Source of the DNA: Camelus ferus
Lineage: Eukaryota
DNA length: 64,000 nucleotides
Assembly (NCBI RefSeq): GCF_009834535.1
Contig: NC_045697.1
Span: 46,192,001 to 46,256,000, forward strand
Direction of reading: 5' to 3'
The position numbers and the translations under genes are program-made. The notes beneath the pieces are model-generated. The model was not told where the DNA came from. It saw only the letters and a program-made list of their open reading frames with translations, and did no database searches. This document shows, piece by piece, positions 51,531 to 62,420 of the stretch (the first letter of the stretch is position 1; each line of letters starts with the position of its first letter).

Positions 51531-53799
51531 TTTTTGAACTCCCTTCTTTTTCTTTTTTTTTAAATCTAATTTCCCTTTTTTCTTCAGAATATCTGAGTTT
51601 ACCAAGGAGAGGAATAATATCAAATGAATGCTATGGATAATTTAAAAATTCAGTTTCTTATCTCTTTTCTTCCATTTATAACCTTTTATCATAATTTAAA
51701 ATGCCAGCAAAATGACTAATGTAAGGTTTACAGAGATTAGAGAATGTTAGGACTTGTCAATGTCTTTGAAAACAGAATCTGGTCTAGCTACTCCAAATGA
51801 AAGGCATTTATTCAGGAGTATAAATAGCTCACAGTGTCATTTGGATTGCTGAAGAAGGAAGGTGAAGGCTGAAAATTCAGGAGCAATTCCCCAAATACAT
51901 TCCATCACTGGGCTTCAAGGGAGCTGCCCACTCTGCTGAGATTAGAGGGGGTGAGCCCCAAAGCCACCTATGAGCCCCAGGTGCTGCCTCCTGCACACAG
52001 CCTCTGTCACGTCCGCCCTGCACCAGTAAAAGGACAATGCAAGCTCTGCCTCTCTCCTCATGCACCTCAGTTCTCATTCAAAGTATGGCATGAGCATATA
52101 TGGGTGGATTCTAAACCATGAGGAAAACGTGTAAGGGAGTTTAGGAAATGTCCATTTTAAGCTTTTTCTAGCTTGTAGAAAGGCATGCTGGAGAGGGGTT
52201 GGGTCAGTGTTGAGTGAGTTAATTCACTGTCCACCATTTCAGGCAACTTTTTATTTTCCATTCTCTTTGATTCCCATCACTTCTCCCACTGGGATAAACA
52301 GCAAAATGACTAGAATTTGAAAACTGTTTTATGAATTAAGTTGTGTTAAGATGCATCAAGGACCTGTGAGAAGAATAACTATTTTCCCATTTCCTCATTT
52401 GTAACTTCCTTCTCTGGTGGTGAGAAGTGTGTTATCTATGTTCATTTAATTTATCTATCCCTCTATACATAATCAGTTTCTCATCACCACAGTTACCCTC
52501 CACCAAATCTGATACCCTTGTCCTGCAGGAGTTCTGACACTGTCACCACCTGCTGCCCCCTACTGAGACATTGACACTGTACTTGGCTGCTACCCTGTGT
52601 GAGTGCTTTTTATAACCCATCTGGGCTCTGATACCCTATGGGAGGGTGGCTCCTGAAAAAAAAACAAACCCTCCATTTGTTACTTGGGTTTCAGTAACCC
52701 GTGCCAGGTTCTCCCGTGCTGAAACTTTCGTTGTCCTGCTTGGGTTCAGCCCCACACCAGGCTGGCTCTTTGTGCAGAATTCCTTTTCACACTGCTTGGG
52801 CTGGGCTCTGAGACCCTGCACCAGGCTGCCTCACCCTCTACTTGCCCCTCACCTGCTTCAACATTCTGGATAGCTTGTCTTCCAGTGTAGAATTTCTTGC
52901 CCTGTTCATGCTCTGACACCCTGCACTGGGGTGACCTCCCTGCATGGAAGTCTGTGTTTAAGTTCCAACAACTTTATGATGGGCTTCCTTCCCTGCCCAG
53001 AAGTCTTCACAGGTATCCTTCTTACCTGGCTGGTTCTTTGACTCCTCATCCTGGGCCACTGTCCCCACCATGTAGAAATCTCCCTCACTTTTTTTGGCTC
53101 AGTATTCTACTCTAGGCTGCCCCTCCCTGTATGGGGGGACACTCCCCTCACTCCAGTTGGCCTCTGACACCCTGCCCTGGACTACTATATCTCCTCTCGA
53201 CAGTAACACATTGGCTTGGCCCCACCTAATGGCCTTTGACCTGGATTATTCAGTAACAGAATGGAAGGGAAGAGAAAGAGGAGACAGAATTTGATACCTG
53301 GAAAGTGGTGTCAGGGACATGGGGGTACAAAATGAGGCAAGCCCTAAAGGTGTAACTGTGTATGTGAGGGACACAGGGACTATCGTGGTTTCTCTGGAGC
53401 ACTGAGTACATGCTTAACTTGTTAGAGGTGAGGACAAAGAGCTAATCTGTGATACTACTGTGGAGGGCCTCAAGTTGTTAGGAAATGATATCTCATTGGC
53501 AGTTACTAGGTGGGTGATTAGTATGACTGGTTTTGCACTTCAGGAACATACATCACATTGAAGTGTGTAGGAAGTAAGAGCAGACAGAACAGTATTAGAA
53601 TAAGTTCACTAAGAATTGAGAAACTGGCCTGGACCAGGTCTGCTATCGAGGGCATGAGACGAAGGGATGCCGTTACAGGACATTTTATTCCAGGAGCCAA
53701 TCCGAGCCTGCAGTCGTTTGCGAAGGTCTGACGTTGCACGTAAGTCTTTCATCAAACAAGCTACCAGGTGGTTAGCTTTTTGTGGATGTTTCGGATGCT

Positions 53800-54190
53800 G
53801 TGGTTGCAGAATCATAGAGAGATTCCTCCCACAGCCGAGTGTGACTGCTGGCAGCTCATAGCTGAGTTCCTCCTATACTTGCCCTAAGCCAGAGGAAGCT
53901 GCCTTGCTCAAGGTTATACTTCCCTTGAGGGGGCAGCCCACATTTAAAGGCTGGTCCACGGGGAGACAAAAACCCTGATCCCATTGCCTCATTCAATTCA
54001 GGACAACTGCGTGAGGCCATTCCAGCTCCAGGGCTACCCCTGGGGTGGCTGAGGCTTCCTTGCAACTGTGTCACGGTTCAGCTTTCCCTCTGACCGTTTT
54101 TGCTTCCTTTACTCCTTGTAGGCTTTGCTGCTTGAGACCCACTATATCTCCTGGAGGCATATCTCAGAGTCTCAGGTCTGTTTCTAGAAT
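53800..54190 (+). mobile_element. LTR16-like ERVL LTR
   Basis: agctgccttgctcaaggttat...gggggcagccca...caggacaact...ccagctccagggct...ggctgaggc...ttgcaactg. Confidence 0.7.
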
Positions 54191-55382
54191 TTAAAACACA
54201 TTTATCCCAAATACAGATGTTGGTAATCTTTCTATCATTGGTTGGCATCCCTTATTGTCATAGATAGAGGTATTAATTTAGAAGTAATTGCACCCTCCAG
54301 AAGCATTCTGTTCACTCTCAGGAACTAGTTCAGACATTGGGGAAATCTAGTTCTCTAATAACTACACTGATAAAAGTTTAAACAAGCTTTGTCACCTGTA
54401 GGTAGATTTATTTTCTTCCTCTAAGTCCCGGAAGTTATCATATAATGAATCACTCCATGTGTAATGTGAATATGAATCACATCCGGGAGAGTCATGCTTG
54501 TCATTGTGGATGTCATACAAAGTTATCTACTTGCAAATACTATAGATGATATGATTTTTTACTCATAAAGGATACATTTATTTTTATTTCCCTGTGTTTA
54601 TTATTGTTGCTCATTTGCCTCTTTTGTTTGTTTTTTGTTGGGGTCAGGGGAGACAGAAATAAACTAATGGAAGTGTATTGGAAAGGTGCACTCCTGAGAG
54701 CAGGGGATATAAGTTTTATGCTTAGAAAATTACCAAATACATAGTAGGAATCAATAAATGTTTGTTAAATAAAAATCAGTAAATAAATACTTAAGTAAAA
54801 TTTAACAAAAGTCTGCAGGAGCTCTGTGGGTGTAAGAAATGGTCAATGATAGAGGGGCTGGTGAACACTTTTAATCATCAGGAGTCAATCTCAAGCCATT
54901 CTAACTGCATTAAACTGGGTTTAAAATGTTTTGGATTTATTAGCATATTTTATACAATAAGGTGATAAATTCTAATGTTGAATTAGAAGTTTAGTTTGAT
55001 ACAAAGAATAACTTTCAAAGAGTAGGGACTTGCATGGATTATGAAGCCAAATACTTCAGCAGAAATGCAGATAATTTGATAAAAGAGAAATAGTCTAGAT
55101 TTATTTATGTAAATACTTCAGTCCAACCAACCCCCTCTACTTAAAAATCTGCATTTCTTATTACATCCTTGATTTAAAATAGAAAGTTAAACAGTGTCCC
55201 AGCATGGTACAAAAGTCATTTTGAAGCCTTACCTGGCCAGTGTCCCGCTGACACGGTGCCCGAGCCCTCTCACCTCAGAGAGGGGCAGAGAAAGCTTTGC
55301 TGTTGTTACTGCTCCTTCTTCATGGCTTGGTGAGATCCCCAGTCTGCTCTTGCTTTCACTTTCCCTCACTGTTGCTTGGAAA

Positions 55383-55502
55383 TAGAGTGACCAAGAGCCT
55401 CCTTTAAGGACTGTTCCAGGGACTGACTCATTTTAGCACTGAAAGGCCCATGTCCCTGGACACCGCTCAGTCTGGGACAAATCGAGACAGTTGGTTGCCC
55501 CA
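55383..55502. mobile_element. hAT-Blackjack MITE (MER94/MER81-like)
   Basis: gtgaccaa...gggactg...ttttagcactgaaag...gacagttggttgccc with degenerate TIRs. Confidence 0.5.
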
Positions 55503-56679
55503 GTAATTGATGACCTTCTCACTAATTTATATTAGATGAACGTGATGTGATTAATTATGGGTCTGTGCTAGGTGAGGCCACATCCCTGCTTTGCTGTAGA
55601 TCTTATGTGAGCAAATGAGTGAAATGATAAAAGTTCTGGAACTGGGGTGAAATAATTGCCCAAACAAACAAATAAACAAAAGACAGGTAATACACCTTAG
55701 TATGTCAGTCACCAGGTGACCCTGGTCAGGAGAGCTAAATGAGAGAATTCTAGGAGGGCCTAGGAATTTTCAGAAAGAACGAGTTTTAAGTCTAAAGTAT
55801 TTTGCTTTAGTTTGGGCCTAGGACAAGATGGATTCTTGGACAGGTTTGTGAAGTCCCAGAAGTTGAGTCACGAAGCTTGGGGAAAAGGAAGCCAATGAAT
55901 GTGATTTTAAAATACTTCATCATGAGGGTAGAGTCCATGGATAGCATTGTGGCTCATATTTCTTTACCTTCTGTCCCCCCCTAACTTAAAACCAGTTGCC
56001 ATTGCTTTTTGGCAGATTTTCCCCCCAGATTTTATATTCATGTACTGATATGGTATCAATTGCTAAAGGTATATGCTATCTTGGATTCTGTCTTGATTAA
56101 AACTGAAGTTGAAAATGGAGACCAGTTTTAACCAACATTTTAAAACTTTGGAAAAAGCCTTTAACAAGCTGTTAATACAAGTTTCCTGAGAATATAAGAC
56201 TGTTTCAGTTTTGCTGTCAGAAGTCAAGGAGATTAAAGTGTCCACAGTTGGGCCCAAATTTGAAATGAGAGGTAGTAACATATGTCTGGAGACCTGATGG
56301 CTATAGAGGAATCAGAGTTTCAGAACCTTAAGAAAAAACGAGACCAAGGAAGACGGAATTAGGATGCTTATAATATAGCCATCCCTCTCACTGAAACATT
56401 TTATAGAGCTGATTTACTTGAAATCAATGGAGAATTCTGTTTCTTTCTAACAAAAGCATAGTTACCTTCCACTCAATCAGCCACTTGCCCCATGAGTACC
56501 CTCCCTACTCTATCAGGTAAGAAGCAGTGGATTCAGCAGATGATAGTAGAATTTCCATTTCTAAGTGGCAGACATTGCCAAACTGGGGATCCACCTGTAT
56601 TTATTGACGCTCTCATCCATTCATAGCTCTCATTTTAGCCGCTGCAGGGATGGTCTAAGGTACCATTTTATTGTGCCCT

Positions 56680-57410
56680 GATACTGCAATAGTCTCCTAA
56701 CTGGTCTTCCTGCTTTCATTTTTTTCCACCTCCAAGTTCACTGTGTCATATCAGCCATATAGATCTTTGAAAAAATAGAGCCTATCAATTTATCCCATGC
56801 TGCACTCCTGGGGTTAAACTCCTCTAATGAGCTCCTGTCACACAATATAAAATAACTGAATTCCCTATTACAGTTTATAAAGGACATTAACTAGCCACTG
56901 CCTACCTCTCTTACTTCATCTTACTTACAAAACTCCAACCACATTGCTTTTCTTTGTGTTTCTCCAATATGTGAAGCTGATACTAATAGAAAGTTGCAGT
57001 GACTGGGAATGTTTCCTCTTCTAGCTCTTGGAATGGCTGCCTTCTTTCTGTTAGTCAACTAGTCAGTCATTCTCTGGGATATTACCATGTTTTATTTTTT
57101 TTTTAAATTTTGGTGAGGAGGTAATTTTGTTTATTTATTTTTAATGGCGGTACTAGGGATTGAACCTAAGACCTCGTGCATGCTAAGCACACACTCTACC
57201 ACTGAGCTATACCCTCCCCCCCATATTACCATATTTTAAATCTCTGCAAACCACCTTCTAATATGGACAGTATTATGTATTTTTGTCTGTTTCTCTTCTC
57301 AACCAGACTACAGACTTCATGGAAACTGGGGCTTGTCATCATGTTCTGTGCATTAACTCTAGGTCCTAGAACTGTGCCTAGCACAGAGTAGGTACACAAT
57401 AAATCTTTGT
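56680..57410 (+). mobile_element. LINE-2 remnant interrupted by the 57.1-kb SINE
   Basis: actgcaatagtctcctaactggtcttcctgc...ctagaactgtgcctagcacagagtaggtacacaataaat is the L2 3' end. Confidence 0.65.
57094..57222 (-). mobile_element. tRNA-derived SINE (camelid vic-1-like)
   Basis: Minus strand reads GGGGAGGGTATAGCTCAGTGGTAGAG...GCATGCACGAGGTCTTAGGTTCAATCCC (Pol III A and B boxes) plus an A-rich tail. 15-bp TSD atattaccat[g/a]tttt at 57079-57093 and 57223-57237. Confidence 0.9.
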
Positions 57411-58119
57411 TAAAGTGATAAGTTTCTAACTTCAAAGAGATTGCAAATCTGGTTGTTTGTCAAAGATAATGTAAATGAAAAGTGAAATACACAGGCAACC
57501 AAGAGAATTGCTGAAAGACAATACAGGATTAAGTACTATATGTGATTAAGTACTACATGAACTTTTTATTATGATAAAAAGCACTGATTTAATTCAAATG
57601 AAAAGGAGGAGGTAACACTTTATATTGCCCTCAGTCATTGGTGTGTATATCAGTAAGATTGTTAGGTTTCCACAAGCCGAAGGCAAAAGTCTCAGGCAGA
57701 GGTGGTGGGAAGGGGGAGAGAGGAGGGAGTGGGTGCAGAATGAGTAAGCAGAGAATTTGAATGCATGCAAACTTTGGTGAGGGTGGCCTAGCTTGCTCCA
57801 GGATGAATTCTTACTATCTGGAGCTTGAGATGAACAAAAGTGGGATGAAATATTTTGAGGCACAACTCTCCATTCCTGAAGAGTTCTCTCCCCAGCTCCC
57901 CACCCCGACTTCCCCATTTCCCCCACCCCACCGTTTCTAGGCTTGGTGAGCTGAACTACGAAGTAGGTTTATAATAAAAGAGGAAGTTGCCTTCCTTAGG
58001 TAAGGGTGCAGCAAGTCGGCTTGCGGTAGTGACGGGGCAGAGGTGGGGCAGAGTGAGGGGGCCATCACATCCATTGAGATTGCTAGACTTCTAGTCTCCC
58101 AGCCACACAGAGGGCTGCT

Positions 58120-59330
58120 CTGCACAGCTGCTGAAATAGGCCGGGCCTGCAGGATACATGGATCGGCTCAATTTCTAGAGGACATTTGTTTTTCTAAACG
58201 ACTTCTCTTTCCAAAACTGGCAAGCCGTTAGTCATCTTCAGCTCGGCACGAACCCAGAAGTGTGCGTGTGTGGCTCGCCGGGTTCGCATCAGGCCCCGCC
58301 CTCGGCCTCCGGGACGCACTGACACCGCGGGGACCTGGCCAGATCCCTTCTGGCCTGGTGAGAGTAGCTTCTCCTGAGCCACTAGCCCCGGGGCCAGCTC
58401 AGCCTCCTCCCCTAAACGGGACCGCCCGGCTGCGCTGTGCCAGCGCGGAGTGCAAGGAAGAAAGTTTGGAGTGTCAAGGGGAGTTAGCCGCCGGAGGAAG
58501 GGAACCGGAAGACAGGGGTCTCCGCTCCAAGTTTGCGCGGCAGTGGCCGCGTCCCGGGGGTGCCTGTCCCGCGGCGCACTGCAGCTGCCTGCATTGAGCC
58601 CCCCTGGCGGACTGGAACTCCCGGCCCCGGTCCCAGGCGGGCGACCAGAGCTGGGGAGGAACTTCTCTTGCGAGCTGTCGCCGTGGGCTCTCATTGTCTG
58701 CAGGAACTCTCCGGAATCGGGAGGGGGAGGTCTGGATCTCTCTTCCACTGGGATTCGTCAAGAGTTCCGGCGGCAGCTGCGGCGGTTGCAGTCTCCCTTT
58801 GTCCTCCTAGGACCTCCCTCCCTCCCCCTCTCCCTCCCTCTGTCAGTTAGTGGGTCCCGCTGACCTAGAAGCGGGCGCCCTAGCTGCTGGCAGTCCCCCT
58901 TCCCAGGGTGCGTCCCTGGGAACTCGTACCACAGTAGCGTCCCCACCGAGTCGAGCCGAGGGGGCTGCGAGCAGGAAGGAGTCACAGGCCCTTGGCTGCA
59001 TGATGGTGGCGGGGTTGCCCCCGGCCCGCAGTCCCGGGAGCTGGTTGGTCCCCGGGCTGTGGCTGCTAGCTCTCAGCGGTCCTGGGGGGCTGACGAGCGC
59101 CCAGGAGCAACCCTCCTGCCGAGGAGCCTTTGATCTCTACTTCGTCCTGGACAAGTGAGTGTGGGAGGGAGTTCCAGGGTCTTCTGGTGAGAGTGACACT
59201 GGGTGGTGAGCTGTGGCTGGGGAGGGTGAGATGTGTGTGCGACCTGGGCAGAAAGATTGGAAACCGGTGATGGGTGGGTGCCCTGTTGATACCTCTGTCC
59301 GAAAGGCAAGCGCTTTCGGATCTGTGCGGG
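58120..59330 (+). promoter_or_regulatory. ANTXR2: CpG-island promoter, 5'UTR and exon 1 of ANTXR2
   Basis: Abrupt rise in GC and CpG content against a CpG-depleted background. GC box GGCCCCGCCC at 58292-58301, ETS-type ACCGGAAG at 58504-58511, no obvious TATA box. The exact TSS cannot be determined. Confidence 0.88.
59003..59154 (+). CDS. ANTXR2: ANTXR2/CMG2 coding exon 1 (signal peptide and VWA N-terminus); an extra in-frame ATG lies at 59000
   Basis: Translates [50 protein letters not shown](K), matching the mammalian ANTXR2 N-terminus. ATG 59003 has A at -3 and G at +4. Ends at donor AA|GTGAGT (59154/59155). 152 nt, phase 2. Confidence 0.97.
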
Positions 59331-59809
59331 CTGGGGGTGGGGTAGGGGTGACAGGAGAAGGCCTGAACTGCTAGGCTCTCTGGGGAGATGAGTAGTCACT
59401 GCTTGCCAGTCTTGGGACTTCTTGGGAAACGAGATTGCTGCCACTTGGGGTAGCCTTCTGCGTCCCTGGAATCCAGACAAGACTCTCGGCTTTCTCTGTT
59501 GTGACCCCCTCATGATGGCTAAAGTTTGCCTGGTTTTGTCCTGATCACAGCACTTTCATTGTCACTAGGCAAAATCCAAGGTTAACATGCCCAGTGTGGT
59601 TTGCATTTCCTGCCAAGGAAGGCTGTATTTACTTTGAAGAGCTGGGATCCTACTCCAAACAACTAGCAGGCCGGTGATCCCTGAAGATGGTTTGACCTCT
59701 TTGATTCTTGTAACAACTAAGTTTCAGCTACTGATATTTACCTTGGGTGAAGAAGAGGTCAGGTTACCCCATGTAAATATGTTTCTAATCAGTTCAATTT
59801 TTTTTTCAG

Positions 59810-59881
59810 GTCTGGGAGTGTGGCAAATAACTGGATTGAAATTTACAATTTTGTCCAGCAACTTACAGAGAGATTTGTGAG
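59810..59881 (+). CDS. ANTXR2: ANTXR2 coding exon 2 (72 nt)
   Basis: Acceptor ttttttttcag|G and donor AG|GTATTT. In frame with exon 1: (K)[23 protein letters not shown](S), completing the MIDAS motif DKSGS. Confidence 0.97.
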
Positions 59882-61459
59882 GTATTTCTTCACTTTCCTT
59901 TTCTAAGCAGGGGAGTTTGAAGTGGAGGGAAGTAAATCAAAGGGTAGGGAGGGTATCCTCTTTTGGACACCTTTTGCAGAGAAAGCCTTTACTGCAATGT
60001 TGATTTTTAAGTGCCTCAAGACCTTATCACACACATGCTGTTATTAGGACAGCCCTTCAGTTGTTGAGGGCCTATTTCATCTGGATCCCAGAAACTTGGC
60101 TCTGGCTCTGGGGAAGTATCTTCAAATACTATTCCAAATGTCTTTTCCTTTCTGAATTTTCATGTTTTGAATTTCAGTTATGCTTTCTCATAATTTATCA
60201 CATTAAACATTTATGCTAATAGTATCCATAATATATTTTTCTTTCCACACAATTCTTAGCATTGTAGAGGTCCTCATTTAAAAAAAAAAGTGTTGGTAAA
60301 CTTCAAAAGAACATGTGTTAATAACCCACTACCAGAAAAGACACTTGTGTGTGTGTTTAAAGAAATGACTTGTGTTTACACAATGTGTGGGTGTGTGGCT
60401 GGTTTAAAATTTAACTGTTCTATATATGCAATAAGCCTTACTAGGAAAGATTGGTTTCCTATAAAAAGCACAACTGCTATAAAATCCAGCTTACTCTCTT
60501 ATTTAGAGGTAACTAAGAATTAGTGGCATCCCTATTTAAAAATACCCCTAGGACACCAGGCTTTTGAGGCCTGGTGAAGGCTTTTGAAGGCCTCCTCCCT
60601 TCCTTTTTTTTTTTAAGAAAAAAAAAATGTAATGAGCAAATTCAAGTTTATCAGAATAATGGAAAGGACATGAAAAGGAGCTGTATCATTAAATATTGCT
60701 TCTTTCAGTCTTGTTAGCCCAAATGTTTTCTGTAAAACAGGCTTGGATGATCAAAACATTTTGAAAGTCATGTTGCAAGTAACTTCAAACAATCTGTAGA
60801 GGCCTAGGCAATCCTTGCTTTCAGTTATTGGCAGCAGTAAGCTTATCCCTATAAAAATGTATGCTTGTCCATGTTCAATCATCAGTCGCCTGCTTAAGAA
60901 GCCAAGTATAACACTCATTTCTGGACAGGGTCTGAGGTAGAGTTGTCTAGGAAAGAAAAAATGAACAAGGCTCTGTATCCTTAAATATCAAAGGCAGAAG
61001 AGACAGTTGTTTATAAATTTTCTCATTTAATCCAATAGTGTGCAGTGTCCCACAGATTTCCATTGAAAGCAATGGGTCACTGCAGTACATTTTTAAGAAA
61101 TGGGGCTCTTATTTTGTTGGGTTTGCAAGTTGGAATTCTCTAATGCACAGTTCTCTGGCTTGACTTTAGTTGCTGGTTACTAACTAATGATACATTATAG
61201 GAAGTGAATAAAGGGTGACTACCCAACAGGATGACTTTTCAAATATGTATAATACTTTGAGATCATTCTGATCTTCAGCCGATAGATCTTAGTCTCAGAT
61301 TTTCAGTTTCAGATCTTAGTAAGAGTTGCATAGAGTGTCTTAGAAACAAGAACCATTCTGTGAGATTAATGCCTAAAGCTTAAAAGACGTAGCTATCCAG
61401 GGCAATTGTTGCCAATTGAAAATGTGATGTTCAAGGCTTGGAAAACTGAAAATGCGTAT

Positions 61460-61776
61460 CAAAACGTGATTTGTTCAGCAGGAACAGGCTCACAGACATA
61501 GAAAACAAACTAATTCTTAACCGGGCAAGGGGTCGGGGAAGGGAGGATGGGTGGAGAGATAAATTAGGAGTTTGGGATTTGCAGGTACTAACTGCTACAT
61601 ATAAAATAGATAACAGGGTTCTGCTGTATAGCACAGGGAACTATATTCAGTATCTTATAATAGCTTATGGTGAAAAGGAATATGAAATATATAGATATAT
61701 ATAACCAAATCACTATGCTGAACACCAGAAATTAACACAACATTGTAAAATGATTACACTTCAATATAAAAAAAAA
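61460..61776 (+). mobile_element. LINE-1 3' end fragment in ANTXR2 intron 2
   Basis: cacagacatagaaaacaaac...ctgtatagcacagggaactatattcag...cttcaat plus polyA, the same family as the 45.6-kb copy. Confidence 0.85.
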
Positions 61777-62294
61777 TAAGTGAAATGAGATAAACTGCAG
61801 TAAATTCATAGCACAAAAAATGTCTTTTGTTCATCTCTTTCACTTTGTCCATGACACTCTTTAGTTTTCTTACTTCAGAATAACTTGTAGGAACTCCTCT
61901 CACCGTTGTGGCAATTTAATCAAATGGGCTGTTCTCGAGCCCTAAATAGCACTAATGATAATCACTCTGAAGGGACTGGCCTCCTTGCAGGACATGAGGT
62001 AGAACTCCAAAGGAAGAAGCACTTCCTAGAAACGAATATTGCATTGACCTAGAATTTATCTTTCCAGGTAGTCTCTCCCTAAATGATCCAATGGGTCAGG
62101 GAGGAGTGCTTGAGGACTGAGAAGCACTGACTAAATCCAAAATGACAAATGCAGTAGTGCTGAGCAGACTTGGTGTATCCACTTAGGGAGTTCCATTTAA
62201 AAGAAGCCTGGACTATTCAGTGAGACTGATTTTAATTGAGACTCCCTAGCTATACATCTGTATGGTATCAAAATATCTTTTAAAAATGCTTTAA

Positions 62295-62420
<126 letters not shown>

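Noticed and set aside
52500..53230. CRISPR-like repeat-spacer array
   Set aside because: The repeats are degenerate and irregularly spaced, the context is mammalian, and there are no cas genes.
57150..57222. tRNA gene
   Set aside because: It is a tRNA-like SINE head with an A-rich tail and TSD, present in three diverged copies. It is not a bona fide tRNA.
57527..57560. 17-bp tandem duplication gattaagtacta(t/c)atg
   Set aside because: Ordinary slippage duplication. Similar ones occur near 4213, 4425 and 24541, with no functional signal.
58194..58985. Several 75-184-aa overlapping ORFs at the promoter
   Set aside because: Stop-poor GC-rich CpG-island sequence gives long ORFs in many frames. 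Mostly non-ATG starts and no recognisable homology.
58850..59158. ORF-track 102-aa protein as a complete gene
   Set aside because: It is ANTXR2 exon 1 extended to an upstream GTG and read into the splice donor. The real CDS is spliced.
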